64,000 nt of DNA from Azolla caroliniana (Eukaryota > Plantae > Polypodiophyta). The translations under genes were made by a program, and so were the position numbers. Shown here piece after piece: positions 22,474 to 35,629 of this stretch; within the stretch, counting starts at the first letter, position 1; every line of letters begins with the position of its first letter. The notes beneath the pieces were generated by a model. The model saw only the letters and a program-made list of their open reading frames with translations, made no database searches and had not been told where the DNA came from. The stretch spans positions 17,484,001 through 17,548,000 of the forward strand of contig JBHGNT010000018.1 of NCBI GenBank assembly GCA_043228905.1. The letters run 5' to 3'.

Positions 22474-23252
22474 ACACAAAAGGATAAATAAGAAAAAACA
22501 AGAAACACCTAAATTTCCCGTTTCAAACGTTTGTATGCTTGTATGAACACGTTTATTACTTTATATGGATCTAACCATCTCTCAAAACAAACTTGGAGAA
22601 GGTAACAATGTGTGAATTTACTAATATGTTAGGCCATGGCCATATTGCCATCCGTCGACTTTCCTTTATGTCCACGAATGTGAAACTCGCGACATGTCCA
22701 TGATATCTAATGCATGTCCATGATATGTATCTCATGCATGGCATGCAATCCCATCATCTCATTAATATTTACACAAACAAAAAATATTTCAAATGATTCC
22801 ACTTCATTTATGTATTTCATGTATTTATTCATTTAATGGCTTGAACGTACGAAAAGTCTGCGAAAGAAGTAGCAACAGAATACGAAGAAGAAGTAGCTCA
22901 TTATCTAGTTCCTGCTTTTCTCCATCTCCATCCCCACTGATCCTCCAAATCATGATAATAGAGATGTTGTCACAAATGGATTAGCAAGTACATACCCTTA
23001 GTATCTTTAGCTATAAATACTTTAATGTTGGTGCTTGCATACTTGATTGACTAACGCCTCTAGTATGCCACTTCTTTCAAAATACGAGAGAATGCTCCTA
23101 ATTTAGGAGTTGAGAAGTATTCTAGGTTTTTGTTAACCACTAGGAAATAATTTTGGAAAGTCATACGATTCTCGTCTTAGGTGGAATTTTCATGTATTCC
23201 CTCATCCTGCTCTCTTGCACTTTCTTGCATCGCTTGAACACACCTCCACAGA

Positions 23253-23550
23253 AGCTTTCTCTATTCCTCCTACTTCATCTTTCTTGCTTATATTGGTGTG
23301 TGTGCTAATGCATTTATCATCGTGGAAGAATACTAGGAACAAGGACAAAAGTGAAGGGATTTAATGTCAATCACATATTTTAACGTGTTGGAAGTAAGCT
23401 TAAGCTTTCTCTATTCCTCCTACTTCATCTTTCTTGCTTATATTGGTGTGTGTGCTAATGCATTGATCATCTTGGAAGAATACTAGGAACAAGGACAAAA
23501 GTGAAGGGATTTAATGTCAATTACATATTTAAACGTGTTGAAAGTAAGCT
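23253..23550. repeat. 150-bp tandem duplication
   Basis: agctttctctattcctcctacttc...aagtaagct starts at both 23253 and 23403. Confidence 0.92.
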
Positions 23551-24747
23551 CAAACTTGGAGTATGGAAATATTGCCATAAGACTAGACCAATCAAAGTTT
23601 GGATTAAGTAATCACACCTTGAGTGATTGGTTTGTATATTTTCTTGCATACGATTCGAGGGAGATAGGGTCGAGGGGACATATAGTAAGTACTTCATGGA
23701 TTGACAGTCCCAAACACCAAACATGATGGGCATGATGACTGCATGAATAATCAAGTTGCATATCTCGTCTAGGATGCAAGATGACTCACTCTATAGGTAA
23801 AATGATAACAGGAACCTAGTCCTCCTTAAAGCCCTCCCGACCAAATGAAATCTCAAAACACATCGCCCACACAGACACACACACACACACACACACACAA
23901 GCAAATGTCCTCGAAACTCATGCTTTTGCTCATGTCTCCTCATGCATATTGATATAATAAACCATCTCATGCATGCATGCATGACCATGATGACCCATCT
24001 ATGCATGGGGGTAGATTGTAGGTACATCATGATTCATCATCCCTAGTTAATACATACATACATACATGCATGCATAACATATGTACAAAAGCAAAAGCAA
24101 ATAACAGTTTCGAATGAATGATTCCTCTATCTCTCTCTCTCATTCACATTCAATGAAATGCTTTGCCGCCCTTCATTCATTTCTAATTCTTCTTCAAACC
24201 CATGAATGATGAAATGCCTGCAAAATATGCTACCTGCCATAGCCCGTACCCCCCTAGAAGAAGATGTCATTTCTCTCTCTATCTCAGTCTCTCAGAGAAC
24301 ATACCATCGCATTCTCTGTCACCGAAGATGATCAAATCCAAGCATTGAAGTGTACATGACAGCCACACCAAGTGGAGGTCGACTAACTCCTTTGTTGGCT
24401 AAAGAATCTGCAGTTAGTAACAGTCATTATATGCATGTATCCATTCTTCCTAGTCGTATCAATAAAAGGTCTTGAGAGAGACCCTCAGAAGATCATTTGA
24501 ACAATTGCCCACTGCTGAGCCCGCCATTGCCATGATCATCATCTCCCCACAATTTGTGACCATATTGCCCATTCATCGGCCACACACATGCACATTTATA
24601 ATGTACGCAAGGATTCCTTTATAATGTCACTGAAACTCATGCCTCCTCATGCATATTGATATAAATTTATAATATAAACCAGCTCATGCCATGCATGCAT
24701 GACCATGATGACCCATGCCATGCATGGGGGGTGGATGGTAAGTACAT

Positions 24748-24847
24748 NNNNNNNNNNNNNNNNNNNNNNNNNNNNNNNNNNNNNNNNNNNNNNNNNNNNN
24801 NNNNNNNNNNNNNNNNNNNNNNNNNNNNNNNNNNNNNNNNNNNNNNN
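24748..24847. other. Assembly gap (100 N)
   Basis: Run of n. Confidence 1.
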
Positions 24848-25215
24848 AATAGAGGAGAATTGGATCCTTGATGGGAACACCCAGATCCTTCAAGATTATC
24901 TTGAGCCAAACGGCTTCACATGCAGCGATGACGGCGCCCCTCTATTCGGCTTCGGTGCTCAACAATGCGATTGTCAGTTGCTTTTTGCTGCTCTAGGAGA
25001 TGGCTCCAATCTCGAGGGAGAAGACGAACCCTGAGGTTGATCGTCTGTCGGCTTTGTAGCTGGCCCATTCGGCATCTGTGTACCCTTCGAGTCGTATTGG
25101 TGTGTCTGATTTGTAGCGGATGCCGAACTCCATGGTTCCATTCACATACCTTACCACTCGCTTAACACAGTCAAGATGAATGTCTCACGGAGTTTGCATG
25201 AACCGACTAAGGAGG
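24848..25215 (-). mobile_element. Ty1/copia RT-RNaseH remnant
   Basis: Minus-strand translation GYTDAEWAS...DRRSTSGFVFSL...KKQLTIALLSTEAE*RGA...CEAVWLK.ILKDLGV. Confidence 0.85.
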
Positions 25216-25884
25216 CCAACAAGGTAACTCAGGTCGGGTCGGGTAATTGTGAGGTAGATGACGCTTCTGGCTAACTGACAATAGAGCGTCGACTCACACT
25301 CTCTTGTGCCTGAGTCGGTCTTTGCTTTTCCATAAGATGGTCTTTGCTTGGTGAGGCCCAAATATATGAAAGGAATATGCGGCTATGCCAAAGGTCGTCA
25401 CGCAAAGCAGTCTTGGAAAGGAGAACTGATTCCTTGAAATATGTATATGATGTGGATTGTCATCATGATGTAGTATCTAGAATGAGTGGTTGACTAGTGT
25501 TAGGTTGCCACGAAAGATTCCTTGATTGTGGCTCTTGTGTGTAGTCCATATAGCCAAGTTGTGAGAGTGTGAATACAGGAGGAAGGGATCACTATAATAC
25601 AGGATTATTCATGCTTGGGAGCTACTTATTCCCCAAGTACCAGCATGACTCCTAGTTATGGAGTAGGACATTTGGCATTGAGTTGATGCAACATGTTCTT
25701 GAATGATATAGCCCCAAGAAACATTTGTCAGTATGTGTTCATTATGATCACACCACATGTAGAATAAATTTGTAGCAAGGAGAATGGTTTGCATTTTTTA
25801 TTGTACACAATGCACCCTATGTTCCAAGCCCTAACTCCGAAATTTGAACAACGTGAAAATACAAAAACATTTGCTTGTACAAGT

Positions 25885-26340
25885 TGTTACCCATTCCTTT
25901 GGGTGAACACCTTTGATAGATCTGTGTCTATCGGTCTTCAAGGGCGTGGTACGTGAAGGCTCGTAACAGAGGCATCGAGAGAGATACAGGGCTCAGAGAG
26001 AAAACACTAGCGAGGTCTTGATGGACGTGGCGGCGTGAAACTCATAGGTATGGATCAAAGCACAGACTCATGCAGCAAAAATAGGCACAAATCAGATATA
26101 TTACTATGACAAAAAAGATTACAGAACACAGCCTATGGCCGGTGACCTTACGAGTTTATCTAATTACGAAGGACTAAGCTAGTGCTTCCGCCTATAGTTT
26201 TCTTCTCTCCCTCTCTGAGGTACTGGTCCTCGTTTAAATAACTTTTCCCCTAATACACAGCCGAGCCGTCGGTGGCCCGTGATACTCGAACTCGGCGTTT
26301 GCTAATTTCCTAATTTTACATTTCTGTCCTCTGGACAACA
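25885..26340. mobile_element. Solo LTR
   Basis: TGTT...AACA termini flanked by the 5-bp direct repeat caagt (25880-25884 and 26341-26345). Confidence 0.8.
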
Positions 26341-28350
26341 CAAGTAGTATTTGTGTGGATAAAGTACAACCTCATAATCTTTTGAACTATCAATTAAGGT
26401 TGTTTCAGTGTGAGTTTGAAGAACTATTTTAATACAATGGATTAAAAATGTCAAAGACTCAAATTGAGTGGAAGCATGTAAGAAAAAAAATCAACGTCAT
26501 GTGAGAAGCATTTAAGATTGACCATAACGCAATATTGAATGGTTAATGCATATGGGGGCCCAATATCTAGCATTGATGGATGTAACATTTCATGTGTTGT
26601 AGAGAAGTGATGGCAAGTTTAAAATATCACCCTTGGAATGGATCTACCTAGTAATAGGAATGAGGCAAATGCACACTTATGATTCTTAGTTACTTCTGTA
26701 AGTATGGCTTGTTGTTGGTGGCAATGTTTAGCAATGCAAATAAATGGAAAGATACTAGGAACTAATTTATTGAGGTTATTGTTTAATTACCTTGAGGTCG
26801 TTATTTTCATTCTATTGATTTGGATGTCTTATTGGTGTTGCCTTTTCATAAACAAAGTTTGATATTCAAAACTTGATGTTCATTGATAAACCATCCTTAA
26901 TATGGCCTTATGCATTTGTCATTTGGGCTTTTATAGCTTTTATTAGCATAGCTACTTTAAAGATATGATTTAGTTGAGGTTGAAGACAAGATGTGACTAC
27001 GGAGTAACATACTTTTAATCCATCGATTAGTTTAGGGTTTAGGGTTTAATTAATCCCAAACCTATCAAATGTTTGATTTCATACAATCTCTTAGTTTCGT
27101 CTATTGAATTCGTTGTTCATTTATGGCTCTGTGAAGCACAAAGTTCTACTCCAGGCCAGGGCCACTTGTGAGAGATAAATCTCCCTTCTATTTACTCCTT
27201 TTACACAGAATTTTGCTCCCACGATCTTTTTCTTTTCTTGACGATAACCTGAGCCTCACATAAACAACAATTTAATCTGGTCAATCTTCATATTTTCATG
27301 TATTCTCATGCATAGATTCTAAAGCAATCTTTCTCAAAGCTGGACGTGCAGGTACATCCATATTAACGATAAAATTGGTCTGTTGGTTTTTTTTCTGCTT
27401 GATTTGGTTTTATAATTTCAAACAAGAAATAATCTGGGGACTAAGGCTAGGAAGTTTTCATCCAAGAATATTAGGATTCTTCATAAATTTTTCGTCTATG
27501 TCCTCCTCCATCTGTACAGCGCGCATTCTATTTGGTGTAAGAAGTCAGTGTTTGTCCGTCTCCTTGCTTTAAGGATAGGGGTGTACGAGAGAAGATCGAT
27601 GCTGCCATTGCTGCGACCTTTATTCATGGAACTAAGTTCTCTCATTTGAATGTTTTCTGATGGTGTAAAAATTTGAACATTCAGCCTCGCTCGCTTATTG
27701 AACTGAGGTTGGGAAGGTGAGGAGGAGGAAAGAATCCCAGGGTCTCTACTCATCTATTGAAACATCATTTCGTTCCCATGAGCTGTGTTATGATTTCTAC
27801 TCATACGGAAGTTACAAATAAACTTAGACACAATCAAAAGTAAAACAAGTAACACACGATTTACGTGGAAAACCTTGATTTCAGGGAAAAACCACGGGAA
27901 TAAGAAATTTCCACTATGAGATAAACGAAATAAAAACACAGAATGATAGAACCTGATTTGGTAAGGTTGCACTCTAAAACCACAAATTCAACCAAGTGCA
28001 CCCAACCCTAACTCGCAGGTGTCTATCTCTTTCGAAGCCTTCAAGCCTTCTTGACTTGTCTTTTCCTTTTCTTTCTGTTACACTCTTCTTCCTTTGTTTC
28101 CTCTCACGCTCAACTTTTGAGCTATGGCACCCGCACAACCACTACTGTGTTTTTACTCTCAGTCGTTCTCTGTCACGCTCTTCCCTTGCAATATATATTC
28201 AAATATGTCTCACGCGCTCGCTTTTTCACTTAAATATACTTTCACACTTTTTCGCACACTTTTTACTCTCAGCGAGTTATCCCACATACAAACGTAAACG
28301 CAGCTAGTTCCACTCTTACTATATGTATATACTAGCCCATCTCATATACA

Positions 28351-28385
<35 letters not shown>

Positions 28386-28556
28386 GTATATGTTTGTTTG
28401 AAGTTCTATTAGGCCGACTCCCATTTGACCGAAATACCATTTCGGAGTCGGCTTCCCAACCGATTTCGGCCAGATCTGTTGGCTCCTCAACTGATTTCGG
28501 CCAGCCGACTCCCCCAAAAAGGAAGGACTATCTACATAACAAGCTGCACATAAACT

Positions 28557-28712
28557 TATAGAGGGAAAGGAAGGGCATAACGTTGCATGAAAGGTAGGAA
28601 TGAAGAACACATGAAATTATAGAGAGAAAGTAGGGGCATAATGTTGGACGAAAGCTTATGAATGAAGAACACATGAAATTATAGAGGGAAGCAAGGGGCA
28701 TAGTGTTGCACG
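28557..28712. repeat. ~61-bp tandem repeat, ~2.5 copies
   Basis: ttatagagggaaag..gggcataa.gttg...gaatgaagaacacatgaaa repeated. Confidence 0.8.
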
Positions 28713-29703
28713 CTCAAAGACAACAGAGAAACACAACATGAGGAGGGGATGATGAAACGTTTAACCTAGAGAAGCGTATGAATTTGTATATGATCATGAA
28801 ACGTTTGACAGAAAGTTAATGAGGAATCAGAGTTTTATTGAGGAGGCTGAGGCGTACACCAAATCCATCGCGCCATGCTTTCATTCATCATTCGCCTGTA
28901 GAATTAAAAAGAACTAGGTTAATAGATACACATGATCTCTTCGACACTAGGCTCTCTCAGGTGCATATCAGACACATACTGAAGAGTGTTTTTATGAGGA
29001 AACATATAGTGAAAGAGACAAGTCGACCGGATCAAGTCTTGTTATGTTCACCTGCAGAAAGAAGAAAAGCCAGGTTAGTACAGATTAGCATTCCTCGATT
29101 TTACGTAAACCAATGGAACCTGGACCTGTACTGAACAAAGAGAGCATCAAGTTGAAGAGGAAACTTCTTCAAAAGAACATTTGTAGTCATGAGGAATGTT
29201 CACGTTAAATCTGCAAACACTTCATAGGAAGGCTATATATATATATATATATATATATGATGACGATGAAAATCAGGAGTAACAAGCTGCACCGGCTGTG
29301 TACAACAAGCACAACATTCAGGACGATCAAGATGAAACCTAGAGAAATGCAGACAGGTACATCGGAGGGTCTGGATCGTTCATGAACCATGGATCTTCAC
29401 TGCATAATATAACCAGTTCTGCATTAATAAGCTAGATGAAGCAATGGAGCGATACGGAAATCCTAATCAGAAGTCGATGTGGATCCCCCCTGCCATTGAA
29501 GCAGAATGAATGAAGAACTATCAGCTGTAGAGTAGGTTTGTTGAAATCTGGAGGAAACGGAACGAGGATCACCTCTATTGCGATCAGATTAAACAAAATA
29601 TGAAGTTTAGGAGTGGCGGGGATACCAGAAAACTTAAAAAGACAACCTAATCGTTATAATCGATAAGCAGAAAATGACCTAATCGTTGTAACCAGAAGCA
29701 AAC

Positions 29704-29851
29704 GAAGAAGAAGAAGAAGACGAAGAAATGTATAAATGAAGACATTGAATCTATAGCAGTAATTCGTTAATTTCCTCGAAGAAGAAGAAGAAGAAGAAGA
29801 AATGTATAAATGAAGACATTGAATCTATAGCAGTAATTCGTTAATTTCCTC
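29704..29851. repeat. ~73-bp tandem duplication
   Basis: (gaa)n atgtataaatgaagacattgaatctatagcagtaattcgttaatttcctc occurs twice. Confidence 0.9.
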
Positions 29852-30079
29852 CCTCGTTTTAGTTTTCTTCCCTTTTTAAGCGTTCGTTCTTGTTTTAGGA
29901 TTCTTCCCTTTTTAAGAAAGGCAAAAGCACCAGTTTAAGATGCAAACTTATGCTTGTGTGCCTTTTCATTTAGTGAAGAGTATTAGTTTTATAAAAACAA
30001 AAACAAGAGGCTTTCCTTGAGTGCAAGAGAGAAAAGAGAAAACACTTCTTCCTTGGAATGATTGAAGGAGCTTTGAATA

Positions 30080-30580
30080 GACATGGAAGGAACTACTCTG
30101 TGAAGCGCTTTGAACAGAAGGGTTAGAGAAGGAGACAAGAAGCATTTGCGTATTTGCATGCACTTAAGACATGCAAGAAACAACTCTGTGAAGAGTTGTG
30201 AATGCAAGGGTTGGGAAAACAAACGGGGAGCATGCGAGTATGTATATGCATGCATTTAAGACATGGAAGGAACAACTCCGCGAAGAGCTGTGAATGCAAG
30301 GGTTAGAGAAGGAGGTGGGAGGCGTGTGAGTATATGCATGCATTTAAGACATGGAAGGAACAATTCCGCGAAGAGTTGTGAATGCAAGGGTTAGAGAAGG
30401 AGATGGGAGGCATGTGAGTATATGCATGCACTTAAGACATGGAAGGAACAACTCCCTGAAGAGCTATGAATGCAAGAATTGGAGATTCTGAAGGAGACGA
30501 GAACCATGTGAGTAAATTCTCTAAATAGACATGAAAGGAACAACTCTGTGAAAAGTTGTGAATGCAAGGGTTGGAGAAGT
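30080..30580. repeat. ~90-bp minisatellite, ~5.5 copies
   Basis: Unit gacatggaaggaacaactc.g.gaagag.tgtgaatgcaagggttagagaaggag...gcatgtgagtatatgcatgca.ttaa. Confidence 0.9.
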
Positions 30581-31124
30581 GGCATTAGTGGATTTAGTAA
30601 CGCACGATGTCACAAATGAGGTATCATTTGCCTTTGACAAAACATAGTATTTGGCAAAATCCTTATGTGACACTAATCCTATGTATTTTGCTGTAAGTCT
30701 CATTTTGCATTTAGCAAGGAAGAACAAAGAAAGATACAAATCAAACTCTTTTAAGAGGGCAAGATGGCATGTAAGACCAAACAAGAGGTAACATCTTAAA
30801 ATGTTGTCTCATCTTTGAGAATAGCAAACCAAAATAAAGTGTCACTAAATAAAAAAAGTAAATGGAAATATAATTAGATGCTACTAAAGATTTTTGTCAT
30901 CTATATATTTAAGATTTTCAAGTAAGACATGTTATATCTTTTGCGTTTGGATGATCTCTACCATAGATCAATCTAGAATCGAAAGGTTCCAAAAGTGAGG
31001 GAAGGACCTACGATGATGGGAGATAGTGGCCTTTATTTAGTGATGACAAGGGTGGTGATATTGTGGTTAGGAGGTCGAAGGCTACAAACACAATGAATTA
31101 TTATTGCTTGATTTGTTGTAACCC

Positions 31125-32765
31125 GTTCAAAATCTCTTGGTTGGGATCCCATTTGTGTAGCCTTTGATTGACTTGTAGCACGAGTAAGAGCGATAGGTAA
31201 AGAAAGTTATGATTATTCTTTGTTCATTAGCTTGTGTGGGTATGTTGTTTTCTATGAACTTCTCCCTGTGTCTCTTGAGTTCTAGCAAGAAAACGCTCAA
31301 GCATTGTTGGTCCTCATATTCCATTACTCTACATAGTAGGCCAAAGCCTTGCTTAAAGAGGCAATGTTATCTCCCCCTTATTTTATAAAAAAAAGCACAA
31401 TGACAAACACAATGTATTTTAGATTCCACTCCTTGATGACACAACTGGCAAATTCTTTCTTCTAGAGGTATTTGTGCAATATATCTACCTACTTCAATCT
31501 TTGATTGGTGTGAAGAGGTTTGCAATTGCATTATCACACTAATCCTTTAATGCATGTAAAAGTTTGTCTTACAATGGGCCATCTTATTGCCAAGCGATAT
31601 TGTGGGTCTAATCCATGTTATTTTGTTTTCCAACTTGGTAAATGTCAGTTCGAATCATTCTATTCTTTCCACATTGGTCATGTTCAGATGGAGATAATCC
31701 AAGATATACTCAAGTGTAGGCAATGCATTGATGTTTATGCCATGTGACTCAAACTATTATTGGGTTTCAACATATCAACAATGAATATCTCCATGTTCAG
31801 TAAGTTGTTTTGATGACATAAGTGCCAACCTTGAGTACCTAGGGAGCTCCCATGCCTCAATGATTAATGGAGCCCTATATGTGATCGAATTATATCATGG
31901 GATTGATGCTTTGTTTGTTTTCATGCAACCAATCATTGAGACTAAAGGTCTATCTAAATCTTTCTCTAAGTTATTTTCCTTGTTAAGACTCTATCCCCAA
32001 GTTTCTACTCCATTAAGTGTATTGAATAGCCACAATTGAGTTTGTGGCTCTTGGAATTGTAAATGAGCATATTGTCTTTCATGAGCACAAATGACTCCAT
32101 ATCCACGAGGGGGTTGACCATAAGCAACCCTTCGTGAGGATAGTCCAACCCCTTTTGATTGCTACTCCTTGGTACTTTTAGGATTGTGTGTATGCCACAT
32201 TTTCCTCTCCCAAGAAGAATGATGGGTTTGATATTGTTAATCATGCTTCTGTTGCATTAAATACCATCACTTTAGTTTTATTTGTGTTTACAAAAAAAAC
32301 TTTATCCATACAAAATACTTTTAAGGCATTTAGATATCTTTGTAGTCCTTCTGGGTGTCACAGATCAACATACTATCCTCAAGATATAGTAATGGATATA
32401 TGTACACGCTAGACATCGACACAATACCATCAACATATGATATTTGTATGGATATACATTCTAGCCATGCTCTTGGACTGCTAAATCTCTGTGTGTAATG
32501 TGACACCTCATCTCTCTAGGTAACAATGGGCATCCTTGTTTTACTCCAATTCTCCATCCAACCCATATCCTTCGACCACCATGAGACCGTACCTTTAATG
32601 ATACATATTCATACAATGGTAGATTCCCCATTGCATATTTATAACGACATTTGAGGGTTTCCAATCGTTGTATGAGCTGAGCTCATGGCACATTGTTGAA
32701 GGATTTGTGGAAATCCCCTTACTAATGGCTTTGCCCTCAATACTTAGGGCTCAAAGGCTCAATAT
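31125..32765 (-). mobile_element. Degenerate LINE (RT through C-terminal Cys/His domain)
   Basis: GVKQGCPL at ~32530; C-terminal PLEERICQLCHQGVE near 31420-31470; many stops. Confidence 0.85.
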
Positions 32766-34039
32766 GTGATCCAAAGTTATGAACCCTTTTTGAAAGCTTT
32801 CTAGTCTAGTTGAATTGCAACCATTTCTCCTTGTATCACGATATACATTCCTCATAATACTAGTTGTTATCATTTGGCATCGCTTTATGCAATGACTTGA
32901 ACAATCCTTGTGTAACTTGGCCTATAGGGGTGCAAAAGGATCCAAGTCTAGAATGTTATTATATACTCCACAACTATACAAATCAATTGTCTCCCATGTA
33001 AATAAGTACTTGTTATACATTTCCAACAACCCTGAGAATTGTGTTGGTGCACAAGAGACAACTTACATGTAAGTGAAACAGGAAAAGATAGCCATGTGGT
33101 TTAGTGATTTGGTTGAGTTTATTTTCTTAAGTGTATTGTTAAGTATATTGGGTAGCTTCATTTGATTCTAAACTAAGTTCTTTATGAGAGTTTTAGAGTT
33201 AGATTAATGAATGGTTTGTTGGCCATGATTAACATCCCATTGGTGGCTAGCAATAGGGTAGATGCAAAATTAAAACCCCAAATGATGATCTTGGTGTGAG
33301 AAGAACCCCACTAATTGAGGAATGTGTTGGAAAAATCTTACACACATTGGCCAATCCAGTATTCTTTTTATCATATATATATATCCCTTGGGGATCCATC
33401 CTACACCTCAAAAGTAGGGACTCTCTCTCTATGTATTCACTGTTCGAAATGCTTTGTCTCTACTGTTCTTCTGTCGGAAAAAGGGCAGAAGACAGTTTCG
33501 CGTTTTGTGTACGCAATCGTGGGTTGTCGGATCCTGACGTCCATCCGACGGCGCACGGCTCCGATGGGCTGGATGCCGTCCTTTTATTTTTCTTGAAATG
33601 TTTTGTTTTATCAACGGCTGGGATGCACTCGTTTTCTTATTTTCCATTTTTTTTCTCTTTTTTTTAGTAGAACATTCTCTTTCTCGTTTTCTTACATCTC
33701 ATTCATCCATGCAGGATGTATACAAATACCAGAACTTGTCAAACCCCCTAATCATCCACATTTAATCAATTAATCATCGCTTAATGTAGATTCTAATATT
33801 GTTCTATTTCACTAATCATTCAAACAGTCAAGTCACTCTTTTCCATCAATTATTAAAGGGGTTTCACGCAATAGACATATTCAATAGACATGATCGTGGA
33901 AGACATACGGTAAAGACATGATCTCACAACCTAAACCAAACAGGAGGACAAACAGAATGTACCCAAGTATTACCAGCAGAGATGGTCAATAACCTCCTTC
34001 TAAATCCTTAACGAAATATAGACATGTGATTTACACCAT

Positions 34040-34075
<36 letters not shown>

Positions 34076-34306
34076 GCGTACAAATGCTTGAAGGTTAGGG
34101 TTTTCTGAGTAGGACAGATTTTAAATGCAACAAAGAAGATAGTCATTTGAGTTACGTATTAACATTGACGTTTACAATCATAGTCACTCGTTTTTCATAA
34201 ATGTTATGCAGAAAGGACACACTTCAGATCTGCTGAGCGTTCTAGGAAGAATGAAGACATATAAGGATGCCAGGACACATTTCCCTGAGTTTCTGATGAG
34301 CCTGAT

Positions 34307-35629
34307 GTTGCCACGGAAAATGATCTCCTTGTAGTATCACCTTATAACCTGCAGTTTAGTGTCTTTATAAGCTGTTAGGTGGATCTCTCCAAATCTTGAT
34401 GTAATTAACCAATTATCTAAATGAAACCAATGATTCTATTGAATCCCATAGAATCCCTTCCACGTTATATGGTAAAATGGCATGTTCCTAGTATCTTAGG
34501 ATGGACAGTCTTGTGGCTAAAGGAATAGGCAAGGTTTCTGAGGTTAGGCACCTTTACATGGACAACTATTATTGCTCTAATGCCTTTATTCTTTGGTTGC
34601 ATCTAAATCAATTTGAACTCGGAAAACCCTAACTTTCAGCTCAGAGGGGTACAGTCGCATCGAATCAACTGTCTCGACTTCTGGTGATCATATGCATTCT
34701 TCACCTCGAAGGGTGGGGATTCTTGTTCTTGTAATTTGCTGCTCTTGTTCTCATTCATTTCATTATCTCATGTGCAAGGGTTGGAGACACTGCTACAAAG
34801 ATTGAATGGCTTTGTAAAGCTGTTGATGCAAAAGCCGAGGAGATGTTGTTCTGTGCCATTCTTTTCTAGTTATGCAAAACAGGTTCCTGAGTACTTCCGA
34901 TGTGTTTAAAGAATTTAGTGGATCATGCCTTTTTACAATGTACGCCAATATCAATTCAACTCGAATCATACGTTCATTGCTTTGTCTTCTTCTTACCTAG
35001 AATGACCAAGTGCAGATCAGAGAACACTTTCAACAAGAAGAAGGTCACATTGCTCTGATTATAATTATAGTTATTAGGGTTTTCGGTACTCCACAAGAAA
35101 AAATCATATAACGCAGATTGCCAGTTGTGGAGTTATTACTATTATTATCATTATAGGTTTCTTGGATCACACACTCAGTGGTGAAGTCACCATTGTAAGT
35201 CCTCACAGATATGACAGAGACTCTCTCCCTTCGATCATTCGCCAATATATCCATAATCCAAGCATTCATGCTTAGTTCTACAAATGCCAGGTAACATAAT
35301 GTTTGCCTTTGATGGAACTTCAAAAATCCCCATTTTAATCAGAAAAGTAGCACATACATTAGCTTTGCCTTGTCCATGTCGAACTGTTTAACCTCAGGAA
35401 CCTTGCCAATTCCTTTAGCGACGAGCCTCTCCATGCTAAAACGGTAGAGACATGCCACTTTATCATATAGTGTGGAATGGCTATAATGGTTTGAGCATTC
35501 TATAGAATTGAATACAATCATTGTGTTAGTGATTAATAGAGATCCTCCTAACATCTTAATTTATGGGACACTAAATAGTGGAGGTGATACATAAGATGGT
35601 ACCTCAAGGAAATCATCTTCCGTGGCAAC
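34307..35629. repeat. Mirror copy of the imperfect inverted repeat (arms 34307-34546 and 35389-35629)
   Basis: Reverse complement of 11091-12413. Confidence 0.85.

Larger units (their letters stand above)
21075..24747. repeat. Left arm of second inverted duplication (partner ~61140-63825)
   Basis: ORF pairs 21368-21613/63285-63530 and 22793-22984/61881-62105. The left arm has an extra ~940 bp at 22977-23916, and the 24040-24747 part is rearranged relative to the partner. Confidence 0.93.

Noticed and set aside
27031-27047. Telomere-like TTTAGGG repeats
   Set aside because: Only about two units; common as interstitial or telo-box words.
27100-29700. Possible gene or TE fragments (ORFs 27496-27753, 28838-29134; LTR-like words near 27860-27900)
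   Set aside because: No recognisable domain, TG...CA/TSD boundaries or consistent exon chain.
30080-30580. CRISPR-like array
   Set aside because: Whole units repeat with no unique spacers, there are no cas genes, and the context is eukaryotic.
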